Below, in pieces: positions 16,769 to 26,372 of a stretch of DNA of 30,769 bases. The DNA comes from a virus (lineage: Duplodnaviria; Heunggongvirae; Uroviricota; Caudoviricetes). Below the pieces are notes generated by a model that did not search any database, was not told the origin of the DNA, and saw nothing but the letters and a program-made list of their open reading frames with translations. A program made the position numbers and the translations under genes. The stretch's first letter is position 1. Each line of letters opens with the position of its first letter. The DNA lies in the IMG/VR virus record IMGVR_UViG_2802429253_000014, positions 1 to 30,769 of that record, one strand, 5' to 3'.

Positions 16769-17265
16769 TGCCGGTAATTAACACGCATCAGAATATCGCC
16801 GCCTTTCTCGACATGCTGGCCGTGTCCGAAGGGACGGCGAATCATCCGCTGACGAAAAACCGGGGCTATGACGTGATAGTCACCGGACTGGACGGGAAGC
16901 CGGAAATTTTCACTGACTACAGTGACCACCCGTTCGCGCATGGCCGACCGGCGAAGGTGTTTAACCGTCGCGGTGAAAAATCCACGGCCTCCGGTCGCTA
17001 TCAGCAGCTTTACCTGTTCTGGCCGCACTATCGCAAACAGCTTGCCCTGCCGGATTTCAGTCCGTTGTCACAGGACAGGCTCGCCATTCAGTTGATCCGC
17101 GAACGCGGTGCACTGGATGACATCCGGGCGGGACGCATTGAGCGCGCCATTTCACGCTGTCGCAATATCTGGGCGTCCCTGCCGGGTGCCGGTTACGGTC
17201 AGCGTGAGCATTCACTGGAAAAACTGGTCACCGTCTGGCGTACCGCCGGCGGTGTACCAGCTTAA
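16768..17265 (+). CDS. K: endolysin (lysozyme)
   Basis: 165 aa, P2 gpK position and sequence by recall. Confidence 0.88.
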   Translation: MPVINTHQNIAAFLDMLAVSEGTANHPLTKNRGYDVIVTGLDGKPEIFTDYSDHPFAHGRPAKVFNRRGEKSTASGRYQQLYLFWPHYRKQLALPDFSPLSQDRLAIQLIRERGALDDIRAGRIERAISRCRNIWASLPGAGYGQREHSLEKLVTVWRTAGGVPA

Positions 17266-17279
17266 ACGGAGTAAACACC

Positions 17280-17705
17280 ATGAAGAAATTATCCCTTTCA
17301 CTGATGCTGAATGTGTCGCTGGCGCTGATGCTGGCACTGTCCCTGATTTACCAGCAGAGCGTGGCCGTCAATTTTGTCGCCGCCTGGGCGATTCTGGCGA
17401 CGGTTATCTGTGTGGTTGCCGGTGGTGTCGGCGTGTATGCCACTGAGTATGTGCTGGAACGCTACGGGCGGGAGCTGCCACCGGAATCGCTGGCCGTGAA
17501 GATTGTCACGTCGCTGTTTTTGCAGCCGGTGCCGTGGCGCAGACGGGCGGCGGCTCTGGTAGTGATGGTGGCGACGTTTATCTCGCTGGTCGCTGCCGGG
17601 TGGATTTTTACCGCGCTGATTTATCTTGTGGCGTCGCTGTTTTTCCGGCTGATACGTAAAGCCTGTCGTCAGCGTCTTGAGGGGCGGGAACTATGTCAAA
17701 GCTGA
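17280..17705 (+). CDS. lysA: lysis timing membrane protein LysA
   Basis: 141 aa, multiple predicted transmembrane segments; P2 lysA position. Confidence 0.8.
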   Translation: MKKLSLSLMLNVSLALMLALSLIYQQSVAVNFVAAWAILATVICVVAGGVGVYATEYVLERYGRELPPESLAVKIVTSLFLQPVPWRRRAAALVVMVATFISLVAAGWIFTALIYLVASLFFRLIRKACRQRLEGRELCQS

Positions 17706-18118
17706 TGATTGTGCTGGTCGTGTTGTTATCGCTGGCGGTGACCGGTCTGTTTCTGGTGAAACACAAAAATGCCAGCCTGCGCGCCTCGCTGGACAGGGCG
17801 AATAACGTCGCCAGTGAACAGCAGACGACCATCACCATGCTGAAAAATCAGCTTCATGTTGCCATCACCAGGGCAGACAAAAACGAGCTGGCGCAGGTGG
17901 CACTGCGTCAGGAACTGGAGAACGCGGCGAAGCGTGAAGCACAGCGCGAGAAAACCATCACGAGGTTACTGAATGAAAACGAAGATTTTCGCCGCTGGTA
18001 CGGCGCTGGCCTGCCTGATGCTGTGCGCCGGTTGCACCAGCGCCCGGCCTGCACCGACGCCAGTGATTGTCGCCAACGCCTGCCCGAAAGTGAGCCTTTG
18101 CCCGATGCCGGGCAGTGA
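17693..18118 (+). CDS. lysB: Rz-like inner-membrane spanin LysB
   Basis: 141 aa, N-terminal transmembrane helix then a charged coiled-coil-like region; P2 lysB position. Confidence 0.8.
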   Translation: MSKLMIVLVVLLSLAVTGLFLVKHKNASLRASLDRANNVASEQQTTITMLKNQLHVAITRADKNELAQVALRQELENAAKREAQREKTITRLLNENEDFRRWYGAGLPDAVRRLHQRPACTDASDCRQRLPESEPLPDAGQ

Positions 18119-18263
18119 CCCGGAGACGAACGGCGATTTAAGTGCCGATATCCGACAGCTTGAGAACGCGCTGGCACGCTGTGCCAGCCAGGTAAAAATG
18201 ATTAAACACTGTCAGGACGAAAACGATGCTCAAACCCGACAGCCTGCGCAGGGCGCTGACTGA
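17973..18263 (+). CDS. lysC: Rz1-like outer-membrane lipoprotein spanin LysC, out of frame within the 3' part of lysB
   Basis: 96 aa, signal peptide with lipobox (LCAGC), proline-rich; begins inside lysB in another frame and runs into the R start, as in P2. Confidence 0.75.
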   Translation: MKTKIFAAGTALACLMLCAGCTSARPAPTPVIVANACPKVSLCPMPGSDPETNGDLSADIRQLENALARCASQVKMIKHCQDENDAQTRQPAQGAD

Positions 18264-18693
18264 TGCCGTCACGGTGCTGAAAACTAACCCCGATATGCTG
18301 CGGATATTCGTGGATAACGGGAGTATTGCCTCCACGCTGGCGGCGTCGTTGTCATTCGAAAAGCGTTACACGCTCAATGTCATTGTGACCGACTTTACCG
18401 GTGATTTTGACCTGCTCATCGTGCCGGTGCTGGCGTGGCTGCGGGAAAATCAGCCCGACATCATGACCACCGACGCAGGCCAGAAAAAGGGCTTCACGTT
18501 TTATGCAGACATCAACAATGACAGCAGCTTTGATATCAGTATCAGCCTGATGCTGACCGAGCGCACGCTGGTCAGTGAGGTTGACGGCGCACTGCATGTG
18601 AAGAATATCCCGGAACCTCCGCCGCCGGAGCCGGTCACCCGCCCGATGGAGCTGTATATCAATGGCGAACTGGTGAGTAAGTGGGATGAATGA
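18226..18693 (+). CDS. R: tail completion protein R
   Basis: 155 aa, P2 gpR position and size. Confidence 0.85.
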   Translation: MLKPDSLRRALTDAVTVLKTNPDMLRIFVDNGSIASTLAASLSFEKRYTLNVIVTDFTGDFDLLIVPVLAWLRENQPDIMTTDAGQKKGFTFYADINNDSSFDISISLMLTERTLVSEVDGALHVKNIPEPPPPEPVTRPMELYINGELVSKWDE

Positions 18694-19138
18694 GTTTAAG
18701 CGTTTTGAAGACCGGCTGACCGGACTTATTGAATCGCTGTCACCGTCAGGGCGTCGGCGACTGAGTGCCGAACTGGCGAAACGTCTGCGGCAGAGTCAGC
18801 AGCGTCGGGTGATGGCACAGAAAGCCCCGGACGGCACACCCTACGCGCCACGCCAGCAGCAGAGCGCCAGAAAAAAGACCGGTCGTGTTAAGCGAAAAAT
18901 GTTTGCGAAACTTATCACCAGTCGTTTTTTGCATATCCGTGCCAGCCCGGAACAGGCATCAATGGAATTTTACGGAGGGAAGTCACCGAAAATCGCCAGC
19001 GTGCATCAGTTCGGTCTGTCGGAAGAAACCCGGAAAGACGGTAAGAAAATTGATTATCCGGCGCGTCCTCTGCTCGGCTTTACCGGTGAGGATGTGCAGA
19101 TGATTGAAGAGATTATCCTGGCTCACCTTGAGCGTTAG
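18686..19138 (+). CDS. S: tail completion protein S
   Basis: 150 aa, P2 gpS position and size; overlaps the R end by 8 nt. Confidence 0.85.
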   Translation: MNEFKRFEDRLTGLIESLSPSGRRRLSAELAKRLRQSQQRRVMAQKAPDGTPYAPRQQQSARKKTGRVKRKMFAKLITSRFLHIRASPEQASMEFYGGKSPKIASVHQFGLSEETRKDGKKIDYPARPLLGFTGEDVQMIEEIILAHLER

Positions 19139-19204
19139 TTGTGCCATTCCCGACACCTCATCGTCACATTGCCGCCGGTATGACCCGGCGGCATCCTTCC
19201 CGTT

Positions 19205-19846
19205 ATGAACACTCTCGCAAATATTCAGGAACTCGCGCGCGCACTGCGCAACATGATTCGTACTGGCCTTGTCGTCGAAACCGACCTTAAAGCCGGTCGC
19301 TGCCGTGTGCAGACAGGTGGCATGTGCACCGACTGGCTTCAGTGGCTGACCCATCGTGCCGGTCGTTCGCGCACATGGTGGGCACCTTCCGTGGGGGAGC
19401 AGGTGCTGATTCTGGCCGTGGGTGGTGAACTCGACACGGCGTTCGTTCTGCCGGGGATTTATTCCGGCGATAACCCCGCGCCGTCTGCGTCGGCGGATGC
19501 CCTGCATATCCGTTTCCCTGACGGGGCGGTGATTGAGTATGAACCTGAAACCAGTGCACTCACGGTAAGCGGAATTAAAACGGCCAGCGTGACGGCTTCT
19601 GATTCTGTTACCGCCACGGTGCCGGTGGTCATGGTGAAAGCATCAACCCGCGTCACCCTGGACACACCAGAGGTGGTCTGCACTAACAAACTGACTACCG
19701 GCACGCTGGAAGTGCAGAAGGGCGGGAAGATGCACGGCAACATCGAGCATACCGACGGGAAATTCACGTCTAACGGCGTTCAGGTGGATAACCACGGTCA
19801 CGGTGGTGTTAAGTCAGGTGACAACTGGACGCAGGGGACAAAATGA
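19205..19846 (+). CDS. V: baseplate spike protein V
   Basis: 213 aa, P2 gpV position and sequence by recall. Confidence 0.88.
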   Translation: MNTLANIQELARALRNMIRTGLVVETDLKAGRCRVQTGGMCTDWLQWLTHRAGRSRTWWAPSVGEQVLILAVGGELDTAFVLPGIYSGDNPAPSASADALHIRFPDGAVIEYEPETSALTVSGIKTASVTASDSVTATVPVVMVKASTRVTLDTPEVVCTNKLTTGTLEVQKGGKMHGNIEHTDGKFTSNGVQVDNHGHGGVKSGDNWTQGTK

Positions 19847-20190
19847 CAGCGCGTTATCTCGGAATGAATCGCAGTGATGGCCTGACTGTCACTGACCTTG
19901 AGCATATCAGCCAGAGTATCGGCGATATCCTGCGCACACCGGTCGGCTCACGGGTGATGCGTCGTGATTACGGCTCGTTGCTGGCGTCAATGATTGACCA
20001 GCCGCAGACCCCGGCGCTTGAGTTGCAGATTAAGGTCGCCTGTTACATGGCCGTGCTGAAATGGGAACCCCGCGTCACCCTGTCATCCGTCACCACGGCG
20101 CGCAGTTTTGACGGGCGAATGACGGTCACGTTAACCGGCCAGCACAACGACACCGGCCAGCCACTTTCGTTAACCATCCCTGTGAGTTGA
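19843..20190 (+). CDS. W: baseplate wedge protein W (gp25-like)
   Basis: 115 aa, start overlaps the V stop (ATGA); P2 gpW. Confidence 0.88.
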   Translation: MTARYLGMNRSDGLTVTDLEHISQSIGDILRTPVGSRVMRRDYGSLLASMIDQPQTPALELQIKVACYMAVLKWEPRVTLSSVTTARSFDGRMTVTLTGQHNDTGQPLSLTIPVS

Positions 20191-20194
20191 AACC

Positions 20195-21103
20195 ATGCCG
20201 ATTATCGACCTGAACCAGCTACCCGCACCGGATGTGGTCGAGGAGCTGGACTTTGAAACCATTCTTGCCGAACGCAAGGCGACACTGATTTCCCTTTACC
20301 CGGAAGACCAGCAGGAGGCGGTCGCCCGTACCCTGACGCTGGAATCTGAGCCTCTCGTCAAACTGCTGGAGGAAAATGCTTATCGTGAGCTTATCTGGCG
20401 TCAGCGTGTGAATGAGGCTGCACGGGCGGTGATGCTGGCCTGTGCCGCCGGTAATGACCTTGATGTGATTGGTGCCAATTACAACACCACACGCCTGATT
20501 ATCACCCCGGCAGATGATTCGACCCTCCCGCCGACACCGGCCGTGATGGAATCTGACACCGATTATCGTCTGCGTATTCAGCAGGCGTTTGAAGGTTTAA
20601 GCGTCGCCGGGTCGGTGGGGGCCTATCAGTATCATGGTCGAAGTGCCGACGGGCGTGTCGCAGATATCTCTGTCACCAGTCCTTCTCCGGCCTGCGTCAC
20701 CATCTCTGTGCTGTCACGTGAAAATAACGGTGTGGCATCCGAAGACCTGCTGGCGGTGGTGCGCAACGCCCTTAATGGTGAGGACGTCAGACCGGTGGCC
20801 GACCGTGTGACCGTGCAGTCTGCCGTCATCGTTGAATACCAGATAAATGCCACGCTTTACCTTTACCCTGGCCCCGAAAGCGAACCCATTCGCGCTGCCG
20901 CCGTGAAAAAACTGGAAGCGTACATCACGGCACAGCACCGGCTTGGGCGCGACATCCGTCTGTCTGCCATTTATGCCGCTTTGCATGTGGAAGGCGTGCA
21001 GCGTGTCGAACTGGCTGCACCGCTGGCCGACATCGTGCTCAACAATACGCAGGCGTCTTTCTGTACCGAATACAGCGTCGTGACCGGAGGCTCGGATGAG
21101 TGA
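20195..21103 (+). CDS. J: baseplate protein J
   Basis: 302 aa, P2 gpJ position and sequence by recall. Confidence 0.88.
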   Translation: MPIIDLNQLPAPDVVEELDFETILAERKATLISLYPEDQQEAVARTLTLESEPLVKLLEENAYRELIWRQRVNEAARAVMLACAAGNDLDVIGANYNTTRLIITPADDSTLPPTPAVMESDTDYRLRIQQAFEGLSVAGSVGAYQYHGRSADGRVADISVTSPSPACVTISVLSRENNGVASEDLLAVVRNALNGEDVRPVADRVTVQSAVIVEYQINATLYLYPGPESEPIRAAAVKKLEAYITAQHRLGRDIRLSAIYAALHVEGVQRVELAAPLADIVLNNTQASFCTEYSVVTGGSDE

Positions 21104-21626
21104 TTCGCGACTGCTGCCGACCGGCTCATCACCGCTTGAAGTCGCTGCCGCAAAAGCCTGTGCGGAAATTGAAAAAACGCCGGTCAGGATTCGTGAGTTG
21201 TGGAACCCGGACACCTGCCCGGCAAATTTGCTGCCGTGGCTGGCGTGGGCGTTTTCGGTCGACAGGTGGGATGAAAAGTGGCCGGAAGCGACAAAACGCG
21301 CCGTTATCCGCGATGCGTATTTCATTCACTGCCATAAGGGCACTATTGGTGCGATTCGCCGTGTGGTGGAGCCGCTCGGCTATCTCATCAACGTGACGGA
21401 GTGGTGGGAAAACAGCGACCCGCCCGGCACCTTCCGGCTTGATATCGGCGTACTGGAAAGCGGCATCACGGAGGAGATGTATCTGGAAATGGAACGGCTG
21501 ATTGCCGATGCCAAACCTGCAAGTCGTCACCTTATTGGTCTGAATATTACCCAGGACATCCCCGGTTATCTGTTTGCCGGTGGTGTGGCTTATGACGGCG
21601 ATGTTATTACGGTTTACCCAGGATAA
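21096..21626 (+). CDS. I: baseplate / tail-fibre attachment protein I
   Basis: 176 aa, overlaps the J end by 8 nt; P2 gpI. Confidence 0.85.
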   Translation: MSDSRLLPTGSSPLEVAAAKACAEIEKTPVRIRELWNPDTCPANLLPWLAWAFSVDRWDEKWPEATKRAVIRDAYFIHCHKGTIGAIRRVVEPLGYLINVTEWWENSDPPGTFRLDIGVLESGITEEMYLEMERLIADAKPASRHLIGLNITQDIPGYLFAGGVAYDGDVITVYPG

Positions 21627-21636
21627 GTGAGGAATA

Positions 21637-23460
21637 ATGAGCGCAAAGTTCCAAACCGTTATCACTACTGCCGGTGCAGCAAAGCTGGCAGCGGCGACTG
21701 CACCGGGAGGCAGGAAGGTCAACATTACCACGATGGCCGTCGGGGACGGTGGCGGTCAATTGCCGGTGCCGGATGCCGGACAGACAAAACTTGTTAATGA
21801 GGTCTGGCGACATGCCCTGAATAAAATCAGTCAGGACAATCGACACAGTAATTATATTATCGCAGAGCTGGTCATCCCGCCGGAGGTGGGCGGTTTCTGG
21901 ATGCGTGAGCTTGGCCTGTACGATGATGCGGGAACGTTAATTGCTGTGGCGAACATGGCCGAAAGTTATAAGCCCGCTCTTGCCGAAGGCTCAGGGCGTT
22001 CGCAGACCTGCCGCATGGTCATCATCGTCAGCAGTGTGGCCTCAGTGGATCTGACCATCGACACCACAACGGTGATGGCGACGCAGGATTACGTTGATGA
22101 CAAAATTGCAGAGCACGAACAGTCACGACGCCACCCGGACGCCTCACTGACTGCAAAAGGTTTTACTCAGTTAAGCAGCGCGACCAATAGTGAATCTGAA
22201 ACGCTGGCCGCAACGCCGAAAGCGGTAAAGGCCGCCTATGACCTTGCTAACGGGAAATATACTGCACAGGATGCCACTACAGCGCGAAAAGGCCTTGTTC
22301 AGCTCAGTAGCGCCATCAACAGCGATTCTGAAACGCTTGCGGCAACGCCAAAGGCGGTTAAGACAGCGTATGACCTTGCTAACGGGAAATACACTGCGCA
22401 GGACGCTACTACAGCGCGAAAAGGGCTTGTTCAGCTCAGTAATGACACCAACAGCGATTCTGAAACATTTGCCGCGACTCCGAAAGCGGTGAAAGCTGCC
22501 AATGATAATGCAAACAGACGCGTTCCTGACGGGCGTAAGGTCAATGGCAAACCACTGACCAATGATGTCAATGTTACATCGCAGGATATTTTTAACAGTC
22601 AGAGTATTGAGATTGGTGCAAACCAGAATCTGGATAATTACAAAACGCCGGGACTGTACCATCAGCCACTGAATGCGAATACAAGCGCATCGCTGAAATA
22701 CCCGGAGAATCTTGCAGGTACTCTGGTTGTGCTTAAAAATGCCGGAATAACACAAATTTACTATGTCTATAACACATCAAGAAGCTATACCCGCAGCCAG
22801 TATTCAACGGGGGGCTGGACATCATGGACACCGCAGGATTCATTTCCGGTAGGTGCTCCAATCCCGTGGCCTTCTGATTCAGTACCTACAGGCTATGCCC
22901 TGATGCTGGGGCAGACTTTTGATAAAGCAGCCTATCCCCTGCTTGCAGCAGCTTATCCGTCAGGGGTGATTCCAGATATGCGCGGCTGGACAATCAAGGG
23001 CAAACCCGCCAGTGGTCGCGCCGTATTATCACAGGAACAGGACGGCATTAAATCGCATACTCACAGCGCTAGTGCGTCAAATACGGATTTGGGAACGAAA
23101 ACAACCAGTTCGTTTGATTACGGAACAAAAACGGTCAGCACATTTAACCATGGGACGAAATCTACTAATAGCACGGGGAATCATGCTCACTCATTTACAG
23201 TATTAAATGAAGAGCAGAAAGACGGGCCAAACGCCGCGGGGGCGACGGGGAAATCAGTAGGAACAGTAACGACCTCCTCAGCCGGTAACCATGCCCATAC
23301 TGTCGATATTGGTCAGCATAACCACACCGTAGGTATTGGTGCCCATGCACATACTGTGGCATTGGGGGCGCACGGACACACCATCACGGTCAATGCTACG
23401 GGGAATTCAGAGAACACCGTAAAAAATATTGCATATAACTATATTGTGAGGCTTGCATAA
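21637..23460 (+). CDS. H: tail fibre protein H; P2-like N-terminus with a different C-terminal receptor-binding region
   Basis: 607 aa. The N-terminal ~230 aa match P2 gpH by recall. The downstream part has a tail-collar-like motif ([34 protein letters not shown]) and His-x-His repeats (GNHAH..., [31 protein letters not shown]) that I do not recall in P2 gpH. Confidence 0.88.
   Translation: MSAKFQTVITTAGAAKLAAATAPGGRKVNITTMAVGDGGGQLPVPDAGQTKLVNEVWRHALNKISQDNRHSNYIIAELVIPPEVGGFWMRELGLYDDAGTLIAVANMAESYKPALAEGSGRSQTCRMVIIVSSVASVDLTIDTTTVMATQDYVDDKIAEHEQSRRHPDASLTAKGFTQLSSATNSESETLAATPKAVKAAYDLANGKYTAQDATTARKGLVQLSSAINSDSETLAATPKAVKTAYDLANGKYTAQDATTARKGLVQLSNDTNSDSETFAATPKAVKAANDNANRRVPDGRKVNGKPLTNDVNVTSQDIFNSQSIEIGANQNLDNYKTPGLYHQPLNANTSASLKYPENLAGTLVVLKNAGITQIYYVYNTSRSYTRSQYSTGGWTSWTPQDSFPVGAPIPWPSDSVPTGYALMLGQTFDKAAYPLLAAAYPSGVIPDMRGWTIKGKPASGRAVLSQEQDGIKSHTHSASASNTDLGTKTTSSFDYGTKTVSTFNHGTKSTNSTGNHAHSFTVLNEEQKDGPNAAGATGKSVGTVTTSSAGNHAHTVDIGQHNHTVGIGAHAHTVALGAHGHTITVNATGNSENTVKNIAYNYIVRLA
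22159..22512 (+). repeat. about 2.7 copies of a 132-bp (44-aa) tandem repeat inside H
   Basis: Units at 22159-22290, 22291-22422 and a partial unit at 22423-~22512, encoding G(F/L)(T/V)QLS...[30 protein letters not shown]. Confidence 0.8.
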
Positions 23461-24038
23461 TGGCTTTCAGAATGAGTGCAGAAGCACAAACTATCCGCGT
23501 TTTCAATTTACTTGATGGAACCAATGAGTTTATTGGCGAAAGTGATGCATATATTCCGCCGCATACAGGTCTGCCTGCAAACAGTACAGATATTGCACCG
23601 CCTGATATTCCTGCTGGTTATGCAGCCGTTTTCAATGCAGATGAAATGAAATGGGAACTGATGGAAGACCATCGCGGAAAGACCGTCTATGAAACGAAAA
23701 CGGGAGCAGCCATTTATATTTCTGAACTTGGCGTATTACCTCCAGACGTGACAGCCATTTCCCCGGATGGGGATTATCAGAAATGGAACGGAAATGCGTG
23801 GGTGAATGATGAGAATGCAGAGCGTGATGCGCTTGTCAGAGCGGCTGACTCTCAGAAGAAAGAGCTGATTGCATATGCAGGTGAAATTATTGCCACTCTG
23901 CAGGATGCTGTCGATTTAGATATGGCTACCGAGGAAGAAAAGTTAAGCCTGACACACTGGAAAAAATACCGTGTGCTACTGAATCGCGTTCAGCCGGAAG
24001 ATGCTCCGGATATAGAATGGCCTGAACTACCGCAATAA
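23460..24038 (+). CDS. G: tail fibre assembly chaperone
   Basis: 192 aa, start overlaps the H stop; position of P2 gpG. Confidence 0.8.
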   Translation: MAFRMSAEAQTIRVFNLLDGTNEFIGESDAYIPPHTGLPANSTDIAPPDIPAGYAAVFNADEMKWELMEDHRGKTVYETKTGAAIYISELGVLPPDVTAISPDGDYQKWNGNAWVNDENAERDALVRAADSQKKELIAYAGEIIATLQDAVDLDMATEEEKLSLTHWKKYRVLLNRVQPEDAPDIEWPELPQ

Positions 24039-24042
24039 ACAC

Positions 24043-24070
24043 AGGCGGGCTGATTGCCCGCCTTTTCTTT
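24043..24070 (+). terminator. rho-independent terminator after G
   Basis: Hairpin AGGCGGGC-TGATT-GCCCGCCT followed by TTTCTTT, starting 5 nt after the G stop. Confidence 0.7.
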
Positions 24071-24166
24071 ATCTGTTGTTTCATCCACTGGCCAGCCAGG
24101 TCAAATAGCGTCTCATGCTCTGCACAACAGAAAATAGTTGCACCCATTAACCACGGAGTTAAACGG

Positions 24167-25357
24167 ATGAGTGACTATCATCACGGCGTGCAGGTGCTGG
24201 AGATTAACGACGGCACCCGCGTCATTTCCACCGTATCCACGGCCATTGTCGGCATGGTCTGCACGGCCAGCGATGCGGATGCGGAAACCTTCCCCCTCAA
24301 TAAACCGGTGCTGATTACCAATGTGCAGAGCGCAATTGCAAAGGCTGGTAAAAAAGGCACGCTGGCGGCGTCGTTGCAGGCCATCGCTGACCAGTCAAAA
24401 CCGGTCACCGTTGTCGTGCGTGTTGAAGACGGCACCGGCGACGACGAAGAAACGAAACTTGCGCAGACCGTTTCCAATATCATCGGCACTACCGACGAAA
24501 ATGGTCAGTACACCGGACTGAAAGCCCTGCTGGCGGCGGAGTCGGTAACCGGTGTTAAACCGTGTATCCTCGGTGTGCCGGGGCTGGATACCAAAGAGGT
24601 GGCTGTTGCACTGGCATCAGTCTGTCAGAAGCTGCGCGCTTTCGGGTATATCAGCGCATGGGGCTGTAAGACCATTTCCGAGGTGAAAGCCTACCGTCAG
24701 AATTTCAGCCAGCGTGAGCTGATGGTCATCTGGCCGGATTTCCTCGCATGGGATACGGTCACCAGTACCACCGCCACCGCGTATGCCACCGCCCGTGCGC
24801 TGGGTCTGCGCGCTAAAATCGACCAGGAGCAGGGCTGGCATAAAACACTGTCCAACGTTGGGGTGAACGGTGTTACCGGCATCAGCGCATCTGTATTCTG
24901 GGATTTGCAGGAGTCCGGCACCGATGCTGACCTGCTTAACGAGTCAGGCGTCACAACGCTGATTCGCCGTGACGGTTTCCGCTTCTGGGGTAACCGTACC
25001 TGCTCTGATGACCCGCTGTTCCTCTTTGAAAACTACACCCGCACCGCGCAGGTGCTGGCCGACACGATGGCTGAGGCGCACATGTGGGCGGTGGACAAGC
25101 CCATCACCGCAACGCTGATTCGCGACATCGTTGACGGCATCAATGCCAAATTCCGTGAGCTGAAAACAAACGGCTATATCGTGGATGCGACCTGCTGGTT
25201 CAGCGAAGAATCCAACGATGCGGAAACCCTCAAGGCCGGAAAACTGTATATCGACTACGACTATACCCCGGTGCCTCCTCTCGAAAACCTGACCCTGCGC
25301 CAGCGTATCACCGATAAATACCTGGCAAATCTGGTCACCTCGGTTAACAGCAATTAA
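24167..25357 (+). CDS. FI: contractile tail sheath protein
   Basis: 396 aa, P2 gpFI by recall (MSDYHHGVQVLEINDGTR...). Confidence 0.92.
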   Translation: MSDYHHGVQVLEINDGTRVISTVSTAIVGMVCTASDADAETFPLNKPVLITNVQSAIAKAGKKGTLAASLQAIADQSKPVTVVVRVEDGTGDDEETKLAQTVSNIIGTTDENGQYTGLKALLAAESVTGVKPCILGVPGLDTKEVAVALASVCQKLRAFGYISAWGCKTISEVKAYRQNFSQRELMVIWPDFLAWDTVTSTTATAYATARALGLRAKIDQEQGWHKTLSNVGVNGVTGISASVFWDLQESGTDADLLNESGVTTLIRRDGFRFWGNRTCSDDPLFLFENYTRTAQVLADTMAEAHMWAVDKPITATLIRDIVDGINAKFRELKTNGYIVDATCWFSEESNDAETLKAGKLYIDYDYTPVPPLENLTLRQRITDKYLANLVTSVNSN

Positions 25358-25369
25358 GGAGCCTGACCG

Positions 25370-25888
25370 ATGGCAATGCCGCGCAAACTCAAATACATGA
25401 ATGTCTTTCTGAACGGCTACAGCTATCAGGGCGTTGCAAATTCCGTCACGCTGCCAAAACTGACCCGTAAGCTCGAAAATTATCGCGGTGCGGGAATGAA
25501 CGGCAGCGCACCGGTAGACCTCGGCCTTGATGATGATGCGCTGTCAATGGAGTGGTCGCTCGGTGGATTCCCGGATTCGGTTATCTGGGAGCTTTACGCT
25601 GCAACCAGTGCTGATGCCGTACCGATTCGTTTTGCTGGTTCTTACCAGCGCGACGATACCGGCGAAACGGTGGCCGTCGAAGTGGTCATGCGTGGGCGTC
25701 AGAAAGAAGTCGACACCGGAGAGGGTAAACAGGGAGAGGATACCGAATCGAAACTCCCGGTGATTTGTACTTATTTCCGGCTGACGATGGACGGTAAGGA
25801 GCTGGTCGAAATCGACACCATCAACATGATTGAGAAGGTGAACGGCGTCGACCGGCTGGAGCAACACCGCCGAAATATCGGCCTGTGA
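25370..25888 (+). CDS. FII: tail tube protein
   Basis: 172 aa, P2 gpFII position and sequence by recall. Confidence 0.9.
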   Translation: MAMPRKLKYMNVFLNGYSYQGVANSVTLPKLTRKLENYRGAGMNGSAPVDLGLDDDALSMEWSLGGFPDSVIWELYAATSADAVPIRFAGSYQRDDTGETVAVEVVMRGRQKEVDTGEGKQGEDTESKLPVICTYFRLTMDGKELVEIDTINMIEKVNGVDRLEQHRRNIGL

Positions 25889-25944
25889 TTTTCATACGGT
25901 CAGCCAGGCTGACCGGTTAACCCTGATTCAGAAGTGAGAAAACC

Positions 25945-26220
25945 ATGAACAAAGAAAATGTCATTACCCTGGAAAATCCGGTCAAACGTGGTGAGCAGGT
26001 TATCGAACAGGTCACGCTGATGAAACCCAATGCCGGGACGCTGCGCGGTGTCAGTCTGGCTGCGGTTGCAAACTCCGAAGTCGATGCACTGATTAAGGTG
26101 CTGCCGCGCATGACGGCACCGATGCTGACCGAGCAGGAAGTCGCCGCGCTGGAACTGCCTGACCTTGTGGCGCTGGCCAGTAAGGTGGTCGGTTTTTTGT
26201 CTCCGAACTCGGTGCAGTGA
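25945..26220 (+). CDS. E: tail assembly chaperone E
   Basis: 91 aa; contains the slippery heptamer TTTTTTG at 26193-26199 near its 3' end. Confidence 0.85.
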   Translation: MNKENVITLENPVKRGEQVIEQVTLMKPNAGTLRGVSLAAVANSEVDALIKVLPRMTAPMLTEQEVAALELPDLVALASKVVGFLSPNSVQ

Positions 26221-26372
26221 CGTTTCCGAAAAATCTGTCGGTCGATGACCTGATGGCGGATGTGGCAGTGATATTTCACTGGCCGCCATCAGAACTGTAT
26301 CCCATGAGCCTGACCGAACTCATCACATGGCGCGAAAAGGCGCTCCGGCGAAGCGGAAACACGAATGAGTAA
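25945..26372 (+). CDS. E+E': tail assembly chaperone E+E' made by programmed -1 ribosomal frameshift
   Basis: The -1 frame is open from the slippery site at 26193-26199 to TAA at 26370-26372 (hand translation ...FPKNLSVDDLMADVAVIFHWPPSELYPMSLTELITWREKALRRSGNTNE), overlapping the T start. Same arrangement as P2 E/E' and lambda G/GT. Confidence 0.75.

Noticed and set aside
19173-19192. Inverted repeat CCGCCGG-N6-CCGGCGG between S and V as a terminator
   Set aside because: No U-rich tract follows it and V must be expressed from this region; more likely part of the V late-promoter/leader than a terminator.
12765-24166. Exact TGT-N12-ACA Ogr-binding dyads upstream of P, O, V and FI
   Set aside because: I could not locate unambiguous matches by eye, so only the shared CTGTTGTnTCA motif is reported.
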